A stretch of DNA of 64,000 nt from Azolla caroliniana (taxonomy: Eukaryota; Plantae; Polypodiophyta), in NCBI GenBank assembly GCA_043228905.1, contig JBHGNT010000006.1:20150001-20214000 (forward strand). Reading direction: 5' to 3'. Made by a program: the position numbers and the translations under genes. The stretch's first letter is position 1, and each line of letters starts with the position of its first letter. The notes under the pieces are model-generated. The model was not told where the DNA came from. It made no database searches and saw only the letters and a list, made by a program, of their open reading frames with translations. This document shows positions 12,199 through 24,129 of this stretch, piece by piece.

Positions 12199-13371
12199 TG
12201 TTAGGAAGATTTCGGGCCATGGTGAGAAACCAGGGAATATCAGAAGAATCGGCGGGGTGGAGCATGTGCACTCACCCTTGTACAAATACTAGAGGTGATA
12301 GGGGCGCCTTTATGGCGCCGAGTAGGAGTTAAGTCGGGACAGAGAATCCCATATTTATCCCACAGTGTTACACATCCCTCTCCTTGTTCTATAAAAGGAA
12401 GGGAGCGTCCCTTGTAAAGGGGTTCCGTTCCTCTTTTCGAGGTTCCATTTTATTAATAAACTTTTTTGTATAAGTTCGGGTTTTGTCTCTGTCTCTGTCT
12501 CTATTCTTGAACACTTTATCTCTATTAGGGTTTCGTCTGTGTGCGTGCGTAGTTGGGTGTATTCGGTTGCGATAGGCAGCGCGTGGGCTGTCTTCACCTT
12601 CTGCGGGTTCTCAGCACGCCGCATCCCAGTGTGTCTGTGTGCGTGTGTGGGTGTTGGTTTCTATCATGGTGGTGAGCCCGTGCGCTCAGAAGTTCGGTGG
12701 CAGGTTTCACTCCTCCATGTGCAAGACCCATTCGAGCCGGCAAACCCGACTGCTCCCGGTAGGCGGCTTGGCGATAAGAGGCGGTTCTAGCAAAGAGGTG
12801 TGCGCCGCACGAGGATCCCGTCACACGAACACGTGCGGGTGCTTCCCGACCGATCCTGGGATGCAGGCCCCCTCGCGCTTGCCGAGCGACACCGGCGTCA
12901 CCCCGGGCATCATGTATATATCTATGTATGTGTGTCTGTTTCTCTAGTTAGCTTAGGTGTGGATACACGTGTGTGTGCATTTCCGATTAGCATAGGGTTC
13001 GAGTGCAAGTGCATGTGTGGTTGTCGGGGTAGGTGTGCCGACAGTAACCGGGTGTATATGTGTGTGTGCGTGTGCATGGGCACAACTAACCAGGCTATGA
13101 CCCACGCCTCTTTTGAGGCCCTTGTGCATACCGACATGAAGGGCCGCAAGGATGAGGGCACGCTCTCTCACTTCCCATGCGATTACCGGTCACGTATGGA
13201 GAGTTTCTGGAACCAACCGGCAAGGTTTGACTCGGAGACCATTCGGGACCGAACCGGCCAGCAATGCGGCAAGCTCCAGAGGATTCGGGTTTCCCGCAAC
13301 TCCTCCCCTCCTGGTCCATGACCCCGGTGGTCCCACCCGGATCCGACATGCAAGCGCGGATTTTCGCGACA
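12199..13371 (+). mobile_element. Solo LTR (gypsy-like) inserted in copia unit 1
   Basis: TGTTAGG...TTCGCGACA; copia sequence resumes across it (compare unit 2 AATGCGGTGCC). 4-bp TSD GCGG/ACGG; TATAAAAG at ~12390. 3' end resembles the LTR end at ~42080-42147. Confidence 0.8.
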
Positions 13372-14813
13372 ACGGTGCCTACGTCGTTGGTGTCAAGGAT
13401 GAACATCCTCCCGTCCTGGCGTCCTTGTGCAATGATCTGGCCCTCTTCCTCAATGAAGCACCCGAGGTGCGTAAACCGCGCTTGCATCCCCTGGTCGACG
13501 ATCTGTCCGACCAACACCGGGTTCTTCGTGATTGTCGGGACATGTAAAACATTCATTAAATTTCCCTTTTGTCCATCATGACTCAAGGGAACTTCTCCGA
13601 CATGCTCGATCGAGTGAAGAATGTCGTCTCCGGTTTCGACAACTCTCGGTTTCTCCAAGTATGAGAACCACTCCTCGTGGATCGTCATGTGGTTTGATGC
13701 TCCCGTGTCAACATAACACAATTCCTCTGATCCGGAAGTGTTCTTTTTCATTGAGTTCGCCTTGCGTTTCATCACAAAGGCTGACCATTTTCCAGTCTTT
13801 CCGATTCTAGATCCTTCTGATCCTTCGGCGTAGTGCGAGCTTTTTCGGTTCCCTTGTCCGGTCTTGCCGGATCCGGATTTATCCAAATTGGTGCGCTTCT
13901 TCCAACACTCGCTCTCCTTGTGGCCTTTCTTATGACAATACCAACATTACGTGTTGGCTTTTCCTTGTCGGTTTCCGGTGCCGCTTTGACTCCCCCTGCT
14001 TGTGAAGGGTCCAAAATTGCTCGTGACACTATCTCTGTGCCTCCGATTCTGCTCTTGCCGACCCACCTCATCCTCCATACCCACGGGATCGATCTGCCTC
14101 CGTATATAGCATCTGGCTATTCGATTGAGTGGTCCTAGACCCACTCACGTGGTTTTCTTCGACCATCAACATCGATTGCAACTCAAAGAAGGACGGTGGC
14201 TCCTACCGGGTGCAAATCATTGTCCGGATTGGCCCATGCCGTTGTGCTAGACCACCAAGGCAGATCTAGACCATCTCCTCTTCGTCCACCATCACGTTGA
14301 TGGAACCCAATGCGTCGCAGACCTCCTTGATCTTGGTGGTGTAGTCGGTAACTGACATGTCCCTCTGTCAGATATTGTTGAGCTCTTGTCGGAGCAGCAA
14401 CTTCCGGGCCGTTGTGCTTGCCACGAAAATCTTCTTTAGATTCTCCCAAGCTTCTTTCGGCATTTTTGCATCCTTGATGTAGCCGAGCATCTGGTCGTGC
14501 ACACAAAACACGAGATAGTACATCACTCTACTCACTCCTTGCTCCCATGCCCGGAAGTCGTTGTGTGCCACCTTCGGCGCTACTTCATTCGCTCCTTTGA
14601 CATAGCTCTAGTAACCGTGTCCAAGCAGGTACTAGTGCATCTTGTATGACCACATAGTTGTTCCTGTCGAGCTTCTCCGTCAGAAGTGAGCTTGCCATTC
14701 CTCTGTCCATTCTTTCTTTGGTCCGTTCTCTTTTCTGGAAGTTAGGTTTTCTTTGGTCTACTTAGGCTTTCTGTCAACAGTTGAGGAGTCTCAACCCTTG
14801 CACTCTGATACCA

Positions 14814-15199
14814 TGAAAAGAATTACATGCGGAAGCTTGAAGACCTAACTAACTTCACCAAATGTTAATAGAAAGTATACACAGGTTTAATGGAAGTTTC
14901 AAAACACACACAGAGTATACGAGAGAGACAAAGAGAGCAGAACAACATAAACTCAATTTCAAAATAATACTCTATACATACAATGTGCTCAGTGAGCACT
15001 TTTATATATGTCCATAAAAGGACTGACAGAAGTACTGACATGTACTTCAATGCTCATACGAGCGACTAACACTAACTCCAAGAAATATGCCTAATACTAG
15101 GCTAAGATCGTAGGCCTCTAACGGCCTACCAGTTACAACCCGATCCGGCTCTTAGTTCCGGATACCGATCCAGATTTGGTTGAGCTTGTCCGCTCAACA
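14814..15199 (-). repeat. Copia LTR B (middle)
   Basis: Preceded on + by ACTCTGATACCA (PBS complement). Shares the central core with LTRs A and C but has a different left end (TGAAAAGAATTACATG). Ends TTGAGCTTGTCCGCTCAACA. Confidence 0.85.
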
Positions 15200-18100
15200 A
15201 GCATCTTCTTCGGCTTTCTTCTGTTGTTCCACCTGTTCTCCCCCTCAAGTGCGGCACATCGAGATGTTGTAACCCAAGCATGTCCGAAAAATGTTGCAAC
15301 TTGTCCGATCCGAGCACCTTGGTGGAGATGTCGGCCACTTGCTGATCCGTTTGAACATACCGGAGTTCAACTTCGTCGCTCAAGACCCGCTCGTGCACAG
15401 AGTGATAATGCACTTCTATGTGCTTTGTGCGAGCACGGAAAACGGGGTTCTTGCCAGCTACATGCTACTAATGTTGTCGTAGTAGATCGGAATCAGAGTA
15501 GGAACTTCGACCCGTAAGTTCTACAACAGTCACCGGAGCCTGATAGCTTCATAGGTCACGATGGTGGTTCCTCTATACTCAACCTTAGTGCTCGATAGGG
15601 CCATTGTCGGCTACTTCTTGTTTCTTGACGCTACAGTTGCGCTTCCAAGAGAGAACATGAAACCCAATGTGGACCGTCGATCCGACGCATATCCGTCCCA
15701 ATGGGCATCTGTATAGCCAACTAGCTGTTCGGCTATTCTGTGTCGGTACAACAGTCCTCGATCCTTCATTTCGTTTACATATCTCAATATACGATGTGCA
15801 CATTGAAGGTGCTCAACAGTCGGTCTCGGCATGAATTGACTAATCACCCCGACCGGATAGTTAAGGTCGGGTCAAGTGATAGTTAAATATATTTACTTCC
15901 GACCATTTGTCGAAATTGTTTTTCATCGCAAGCCGCTGTCGAGTCGGGACATAGCTTCAGGTTTCAGTCGACGAGAGGAGTAGAGACGGATCGACAATGA
16001 TTCCATCATACTGAACTTGTACAACATAATAAGTACATAATGTCGTTGAGACAACAATATGCCGTTGGGGGTGTGGATTACTTCGATCCTGAGAAAGTAG
16101 TGAAGGTTCCCTAGGTCCTTCATCTCGAATGCATCCGACAGTTGGGACTTTACTCATCCAATTTCAACAAAGTTGGGCCCAGTGATGACCAAGTCGTCCA
16201 CATATAGTAGAATGCAAACCAAACCTTTTCAAATGAAAACCAAGAGTCAGATTTGGAGGCTGCAAACCCCATCTTACGCAACGGTTGCATGATCTTGGAG
16301 TTCCAAGCTCGGGGGGGCTTGCTTAAGGCCGTAAAGCAACTTCTTGAGTTGTCATACTGTCGACTTGTTCAGCTCCGACTGAAATACGGGTGGCTGGACC
16401 AATACCCATTCTTCAAGATCTCCTTGAAGAAACACATTCTTCATGTACATCTGGTGGAGATGCCACCCCCTTGCCACACGAACCGTCATCATCTTCGCCA
16501 CCGGTGTGAAGGTCTCATCGTAATCCATTCCGTGGGTCTGCACATATCCCTTGGCCACCAATAAGGTCTTGTACCGGTTGAGCAAACCATCAACGTTGTA
16601 TTTCACCTTATATACCCATTTGCAACTAACCCGTTTGCAGTTTCGGGGAGGGTCAACCAAGTCCCATGTGTCGTTGGCAAGTGCCCACATTTCTTCCTCC
16701 ATGGCCGAACGCCATTTGGCATCCTGTGATGCCTCTAGATAGCTCTCCGGTTCGTGAACTTCTGCCACTTTCATCATGTACGCATAGTGGTGTGTCGTGT
16801 ACTCGTTATATCCATACCAGATCACTGGCTTCTTGTGGCAAGTGGATCAATGTAACTTCTCGTTAGCCGATTTTAGGGCCCTCTTAGCCGCATCCGACCT
16901 CAACTCTTGAGGTTTGTCTTTGCTTTGATTGTTGTCGGATTCTCCTAGATCCGACTTTGCTTTATCTGTGTCGTACTCCGGTATTTTCATCTTCTCTTTT
17001 TCTTCGCGCATGAACCATCTCCTCGGTTCTTTGCGCGGGGAGTGCACGGCCAAGTCGTCACTGCTCGTCAGCTCTTCATTCTGTTGGTCTTCCCGACTCA
17101 GCTCTTCATTCGGATCACTTAGTCGGAATGAAGTCAGACTCTCTTCTAGAGTGTCAAGCTCTTCTTCTTCTTCTTGGATCATGTCGGCCTCACTAGAGTT
17201 GGAGTTGTCAGGGGTCGGAGTTGTTGGGGGTCGGAGTCATAAGAGCACATCAGGACGCCAACTCGTCGAATACAACGTCTCGGCTCACTCAAACTTGTTT
17301 GGTCCGGGGCGGGGGTTATAACACTTATACCCCTTCTATTTCTGTGAGTAGTTGACCAATATGCACTTTTCCAATTTCGTGTCCGGCTTCTTCCTCTTCT
17401 CATTTGGCACATGCACATAGGCAATGCTACCAAATACTCTCAGGTGTCTCAAGTTCGGATTTCGCCCGAAATACAACTCGTGAACTAACACCTTCTCTCT
17501 GATCCGATTCTAGATATACATCGTTGTTCGGACCACTTGGACCTAGTAAAACTTGGGCATACTCTTCTCCTCCAGCATTGCACATGCCGCTTCCACAATC
17601 GACCGATTCTTTTCCGCTCGGCTACATCGTTCTGTTCCGACATATATCTACAGCTGAATTCGCATCGAATTCCCATTTGCTGAAGATAACAGTTGAATTG
17701 GCCGGAAAAGTATTATTTCCTGCCATCTGACCGCAAACACTTGATCTTCCTCTCTGTTTCCCTTTCGACAAGACTCTTCAAGTTCCGGAAACAATTGAAG
17801 ACTTCACTCTTCTTTTCAATGAGGTAGATCCAACTATGTCAGCTATAGTCATCGATGAAGGAGACGAAGTATTGACTCCCGCCTAGGCTCACATTCTATG
17901 TCGGGCCCCATACATCCCAATGTATCAAATTGAGCTTGTTCCAGCTCCGATTTCAATTGTTGGGGAATGGAAATCAGTGTTGTTGCCCTAGCTAGCAAAT
18001 ATGGGCCTTCCGGCCAATGAACTTCGGCAAACTGAACATGACTTGTTTCGATTACAATTTTTGAAGCATTTGATTGTTGACATGGCTGATCTGCTTATGC

Positions 18101-20018
18101 CACAAGTCGATATCCAAATCTACCTTTTGTCCTTTAGCAAACAATGCGGTGCCAACGTCATTTGTATTGAGGATGAACATCCTCCCTTCCCGGCGCTCTT
18201 GTGTGATGATCCAACCCTCTTCTTTGATGAAGCACCCAATGTGGGTGAACTAGACTTGAATCCCTTGGTCGACAATCTGTTTGACCGACACCAAGTTTTT
18301 CGTTATTGTCGGGATGTGCAAACGTTCATAAATCTCCCCTTTTGTCCGACATGACTTAGGGGACATCGTTGACATGTTCTATCGGATACGAGGTGTTGTC
18401 TAGCAATGGGCACGGTTTCGGCTCAAACCAAACCGAACTATTAAGCCATGGTTTAACAGTTTATTGGTTCCAAAAAAAATTTAGTGGTTTGGTTTGGTTT
18501 GGATTTTCGATAAATGGTTTGGTTTCGATTTGGTTCGGTTCTAAAACTCGGGTTTATAGGTTTATAGGTTGGGTTTAAAGGTTTAAAATTTTATAGGTTT
18601 TTGGTTAACTTTTTTTTTACCTTAACAATTTATTAATTTAATGGTTTAATTAATGGTTATTTATTTATTTAATTCATTTAACTTAAATGTTTATTTAATT
18701 TAATGTATTTTTTTTTATTTAGATGTTTAATTAGTTTGATTTAAATGGTTAGGTTTAATTTTCTTATTAAATAGTTCGGTTTGGTTTCAACTTTTCCCTA
18801 AACGGTTTGTTTTAAAAAATTTATTAAATGGTTTGGTTTGGTTTCAACATTTCCCCAAACGGTTTGGTTTGGTTTTTGTATTATATAAACGGTTCGATCC
18901 GATTTCTTTGCCTTGAAACCGAACCAAAGCGTGCCCATTGCTAGTGTCATCTTCGGTTTCGACAACTCCCGGTTGTTCAGGTTTCTCCAAGTATGAGAAC
19001 CACTCTTCATGGCTTGTCATGTGATTTGATGCTCTAGAGTCTACGTACCACACCTCATTCAGTTTCGAGGTGCTCTTCTTCATCGAGTTTGCCTTGTGCT
19101 TCATCACAAAGGTTGGGCCCTTTCCGGTTTTGGATCCTTCCGATCCTTCAGCGTAATGCGATCGTTGTCGATTTTCGTGTTTGGCTTTTCCTAATCCGGA
19201 TTTTCGAGGTGCTCTCTCGGTGGCCTTTCTGGCCACAATACCAGCATTATGTTTCGGCCTTTGCTTGCCGGTTTCCAACACCACCTTGACTCCCCCTACT
19301 CATGGAGGGTCCAGAATTGTTGTCAGCATGTTGATTATGCCTTTGATTCTGCTCTTCTTGACCGCCACCATTGCATGTCGAACCACCACGTCCATGAGGC
19401 CGATCCACCTCCGTGTACAACATTCGGCTCTCGGATTGCATGCATCTTAACGCACCCGTGTGGTTTTCTTCTACCAGAAGCATCGATTGCAAGTCGAGGA
19501 ATGGCAGTGGCTTCTTCCTTGTGCATATTGTCATCCGGATCGGCCCGTAACTCTAAGCTAGACCACTGAGGAAGATCTGTACCATCTCATCTTTATCCAA
19601 CATCACGTTGATGGATCCCAGGGCATCACATATCTCCTTTATTTTGGTGGTGTAGTCGGTCATCGTCGTATCCTTCTATCAGATATTGTTAAGCTCTTGT
19701 CGGAGCTGCAACTTCCGGGTCGTGGTACTCACGACGAAAATCTTTTTTAGATTTTCCTAAGCCTCCTTTGGCGTCTTTGCATCCCGAATATAGCCCTGCA
19801 TTTGGTCGTGCACACAGGATGCAAGGCAGTAGAGAACTCTGCTCGCTCCTTGTTCTCAAGCTGGGAAATCCTTGTGTGCCGAATCCAGCGCCACTTCGTT
19901 CGCTCCTTCCACATAAATCTAGTAGTCGTGCCTTAGTACCAAGATGTTGGTGCATATTGTAGGACCAAGATGTGTAGTTGCTCCTGTCGAGCTTTTCCGT
20001 CGCAAGCGAGCTAGCCAT
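15200..20018 (-). pseudogene. Copia gag-pol internal region 2 (frameshifted, interrupted by a MITE)
   Basis: Fragments MASSLATEKLDRSNY (gag), WYVDSRASNHMT (PR), EQNDVAERK (IN), KWVYKVK...RYK..LVAKGYVQ..G.DY.ETF.PV (RT), GYTDAHWDG..DRRST.G (RH), TDQQVADI.TK.L, HLRGR. Confidence 0.9.
18401..18943. mobile_element. hAT-type MITE (543 bp) in the copia protease region
   Basis: Perfect 14-bp TIR TAGCAATGGGCACG / CGTGCCCATTGCTA. 8-bp TSD GTGTTGTC (18393-18400) / GTGTCATC (18944-18951). AAACC/GGTTT subterminal repeats and an AT-rich centre. Confidence 0.92.
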
Positions 20019-20129
20019 TCATCTGTCCATTTTCTTCTTCTTTTCAGTTCTCAACCGGGTGTTCGGGTTTGTCTAAGTTTTAGCATTTTTCGGCAGTAGA
20101 GGATTCTCAACTGTCACGCTCTGATGCCA

Positions 20130-20561
20130 TGTGAAGATTAGCATGCGGAAACTACACAGACACTACCGGCTCAGCTGGATAGCAACAAAGAAAAGTAAAC
20201 ACAGAGAACAATGGTGTGTGAGAGAGAGAGAGAGTATGTGGGAGAGACGGAGAGAGTAGAACAATAAAACTCAATTTCAAAAGAATACTCTATCTGTACA
20301 TACAAGTGTGCTCAGTGAGCACTTTTATACAAGTCCATAAAGGACAATCAGAAGTATTGATAGGTACTTCAATGCTCATAACTAAGCTACTGACACTAAC
20401 TCCCAAAAATATGCCTATCTACTAGACTATGATTGTAGGCCTCTAACGGCTTACCGGCTCACGCGTGGATCTGGCTCACCGATCCGATCTGGGCTTAGCC
20501 GATCAGGCTCTCATTGACTTGTTCAACCAATCCGGCCCACATTGAGCTTGCTTGCTCAACA
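20130..20561 (-). repeat. Copia LTR C (outer, 5' LTR)
   Basis: TGTGAAGATTAGCATG...TTGAGCTTGCTTGCTCAACA; PBS complement GCTCTGATGCCA to the left, TSD GGATG to the right. Confidence 0.88.
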
Positions 20562-20960
20562 GGATGTCATCCTCGTTGGAGAATGATTGAACATCCAAAA
20601 ATGTTGAAAAATCCCATTGTTGATAATCATCTACTTCCACTCCAAGAGATCCACATTGGTCTTTCTTGCTTTCTCACCATTTACATGATGTTGAAGCCAC
20701 ATATGACAAATTTCATAGATCTTCATCATTTTGCATCATAATTAAAGAGAACCTAAGTTTTAAGTTGGGGATTGTGGCTCTTACGAAGTAACATAAAACA
20801 ATTCGACCCTACAACAAGTTGGATTATCAATGTCTTGGTCCATACGTTATTAGTGACTAGATCAATGAAGTTGCATTTCGTCTCAATCGCCCTCCCCAAA
20901 ATGCATCAATTTCAGCCAATGTTCCATTAGCTCTATTTGAAATTGTGTTGTGCCTCCTCC
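20562..20960 (+). pseudogene. Degenerate gypsy integrase C-terminal fragment (continuation of the element split by the copia)
   Basis: Remnant FKVGD.WLLRSNIKTIRP.NKLDYQ.LGPY.I...INEVAFRL (GPY/F motif). Confidence 0.7.
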
Positions 20961-20968
20961 ATCTGAAC

Positions 20969-23408
20969 ACTAAAGGTGGAGATGTAAATAATGTAAACAA
21001 CTATCGAACCATCATGGTTGGCTCATTAATGGAAAAACTATTTGGATGTATAATGGAATCAAAGATAAGTGTATGGGCTGAAAAAAATGGTAAGAGAGCT
21101 TATGGACAAGCTGGCTTTTGAAAACACCATAGCACCATTGATCACCTTGTCACCCTTCGAGGATTAATGGAGGACGATCGCCGTAGAGGTAAAGGTTTAT
21201 ATTCTTACTTTGTAGACTTCAAGAAAGCTTTTGATATGGTACCTCGTGAGCATCTTTGGAGGCAAATGGAATAACTTGAGGTGCCAAGTGAATATATGCT
21301 TGCAATTTCCCGAATTTATGAGAAGGTTATATGTTGTGTGCATATGAGAGATAGACTTTCAGATTTTTCCAATAGCACTATTGGTGTTAAGCAAGGATGC
21401 CCACTCTCACCAACACTATTTGGTCTATGCATTGATGAATTGGAAGAAATGATTACCAAGTTTGCAAAGGAAGAATGTGTTGAAGAAGTTGCCATTGGGA
21501 ATGTTGTGATTATGCTTTTGCTATATGTAGATGATGTAGTGCTTTTTGCAAATACTTTAGGAGATGCACAAAAGATTATGAAGGCATTGGAAAAAAATTG
21601 TATGCATACTAAATTAAGTGTCAATAGCTCTAAAACAAAGATTATGCTTGTGAAGAGCCAAAAAGGAGACAAACCATGCATTATGTACAACAATGAGCCA
21701 CTTGAATGTGTGGAAAGCTTCAAATATCTTGGCCTTGAAGTTCCTTCAAATCATAGATGGAATGAATGTGCTACACGCCGCTTAGAGGTGGGTAAGCGAG
21801 CATACTATGCATTTGAGAACACATGCAATCTTGGAGATATTAAGTGTTGGGTCCTCAAGAAATATCTTTTCGACACTCTGGTGACAACGGTTCTTCTCTA
21901 TGGGGTGGAAGTATGGGATGGTAACATCCCTAAATCTATGTGGAAAGAGTTTGAAAATGTCCAAAAACATTTCCTTACAAAGTTTCTACTAGTTAAGAAA
22001 CAAACACCCTACACCCTCCTCCTCCTCCTCCTTGAGACGGGATCACTTCCCATTGAGATCACGGCCATGGAAAGGGTTGTTGAATACATGCTTAAGGTTC
22101 AAAAAAGTCCCTCACATCGAGTTCCTAGAATTGCATGGGAAGCAAGCAAAAAGATCCAAAGAGACGAATAAAAGCCAAATTTTGTGTTACGGTTGGATGC
22201 AAGATATAGAAAAATGGTTTGGTAGATGGGATGTGAAACACTTGCTTCATGATGTTGTTAAGCCCTTGGATAGCACCATGACCAATCGTGAAGAAGAGCG
22301 CATCATCAAGGACATAGTATGGCTAAAGGACCTACGAAGAGGGAATGGCAAGAGGAATGAGGGCTAAAGGAGATCCAAGTGTGAAAGGTCCATAGCCTAA
22401 ATGTAAATGCTATATAAACCACATGGTGGTGGCTTTGTGAGGGTTCTTCCATTGGTAGAGATCTCCCTATTGATTAAGAGCTAGATCTTCCTCTCCTCCT
22501 TCTTGTAACCTTTAAGCTTAAGAGAGATTAGTGAGGTGTTTAGTTAGAGAACACTAATCTCTCTTCCTTGTTGGTGCTAGACCTCTTAGCAAAGAGGGTT
22601 AATAAACATATTCATTACTCTTATTGTCTATATTCATTACCCTATTGTCTATGAGAGCGAGCTTGAGAGAGTGAGAGAGATATCGTGCTTAATCATCTAT
22701 TAATCGTTAAGTGAGTGTGAGGCTCGGAGGTGTTCGACAACCATCTCTGCCCGATTCGCCATCAAAAGGGTATATGTCGGTCCGAACTCCACAAACGACA
22801 TCGAGGAGTTAACTCCATCGATACATAGATCCTACACAGATGCATCACTAAATTCCTCTATAAATAAGGCCTTTTTGCAACACCAATGTATCATGAGATG
22901 GGACAAATGTGGAGGCTCACGCTTCACACATTATACTACACATGTTGCACCTAACTACAAAACCATATTCTTTGTTGAACGAGGAAACCATACACATTGA
23001 TACATGTTAGAGCCCGTCCCGTTATCTACCATTCGAACCATTGCTTCCATGTGACTTAGCTCACAGGCATTGTGATGTGAGATAGGGCGTTGGGACACAC
23101 GTGATGAGAGTGGTCAGTTATGCATACTTTGCCCTAAACAAGTTCGCAAGTCTGAGTATCACATACAATGCTCTGCCTTTTATCATATTCAACCATGCTT
23201 TCCACATCTCTTCAACCGAGCCCAATCCTTGAACGAATTTTTCTCACAACCACAATGTGCACTCTCAATTACAACATTCATTGGTAAAGTTCTTGAACAT
23301 CGAGAGTTACTGCTCACTTTCACATTTATCACGTGAAATATAATATTTTTGGTCTCATAGGTCATATTTGACCTCCGAAGACGATAATATAATCTATCTA
23401 TCTATCTA
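20969..23408 (+). mobile_element. 5'-truncated non-LTR retrotransposon (RTE-like LINE), RT pseudogene
   Basis: KGGDVNNVNNYRTI, GQAGF..HSTIDH, FVDFKKAFD, GVKQGCPLSPTLF, LLYVDD, FKYLG (ORF 21281-22171). 3' end is a (TCTA)n microsatellite tail at ~23393-23408. Confidence 0.85.
22256..22838 (+). mobile_element. Solo LTR inserted in the LINE
   Basis: TGTTAAG...CCTACACA; 5-bp TSD GATGT/GATGC; TATATAAA at ~22411; LINE sequence resumes after it. Confidence 0.8.
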
Positions 23409-24129
23409 CTAAGCCTCTTGACTTCCTAACCTACCTCACCAAACATATTACCCTATCGTAGGCTCGACGTTGAGCCTAGGGTTCACACTATTCTTTACTT
23501 TCTTTGGTGCCCAATCATACATGCACCCTCTATAAATAAAAAACTTTTAAACTACCCCTCAATTTATATTATCCCAAACCTATCCTCCCCCTCCCATACA
23601 CATACTTTAACAACCACTAAATTTACTTGTTCCCTAGTAATGTCCTTAGTGTAGAGAAATCATATGTGCTCGTTGAGAAACCATATGTACAATATGTGCC
23701 CTTTGTGTCTCATTCTGGGGTTGAGTAAAGGCATTAAGGAAACTAATGAAAAAGTCAGGGCATCTTGGGTAATATGGAGAAATTTGTATTTTTGAGTTCC
23801 ATTAGGACGTACCAATGTTTTAGGATATCATAATTTGTAGGATTAAAAGCACCTAAAATGTCGTGAAGTTATTGCAAATCTACCCTCTAGAGTACCAAAT
23901 TTATGCCTTAAAAGGCACATTTTAATGTTTTTGCCCCTTTAGAGAGCATGCCATAATATGGTTTATGTAACCATAGATTAGGGTTTTGTAGGTTTTTTGA
24001 CATGGTATTTTACAATTTTCATAGGGTTTAGGGACAGGTTGAATATCTCAATATGTATGTGTTTTGAAGGGCATTCATTTGTAAGGTTGTAATTACACAT
24101 CCTTTATGCCTCACGTGCACAATTGATTA

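Larger units (their letters stand above)
9152..14699 (-). pseudogene. Copia gag-pol internal region 1 (frameshifted, integrase N-terminus partly deleted, interrupted by a solo LTR)
   Basis: Fragments: gag (KEAWENLKKIF..TTARKLLLRQEL), protease (YVDTGASNHMT), GAG-pre-IN (IDLWHKQIGHVN), IN (YTPEQNGMAERKNR; HLKVFG..AY..VP..KRRKLD), RT (HYFLRIEV), RH end (HLRGR). Lacks roughly the 17675-17985 equivalent of unit 2. Confidence 0.9.
8494..20561 (-). mobile_element. Tandem three-LTR Ty1/copia structure (LTR-internal-LTR-internal-LTR), degenerate
   Basis: LTRs at 8494-8919, 14814-15199 and 20130-20561, each TG...CA. One 5-bp TSD GGATG at 8489-8493 and 20562-20566. tRNA-iMet PBS on the minus strand next to two LTRs (14802-14813, 20118-20129). 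Two minus-strand gag-PR-IN-RT-RH internal regions. Confidence 0.9.

Noticed and set aside
12355-13581. Numerous overlapping ORFs on both strands
   Set aside because: Chance ORFs in a GC-rich solo LTR and antisense to copia pol.
23700-24120. Possible MITE with degenerate inverted ends
   Set aside because: Inverted match is short and imperfect, and no TSD was found.
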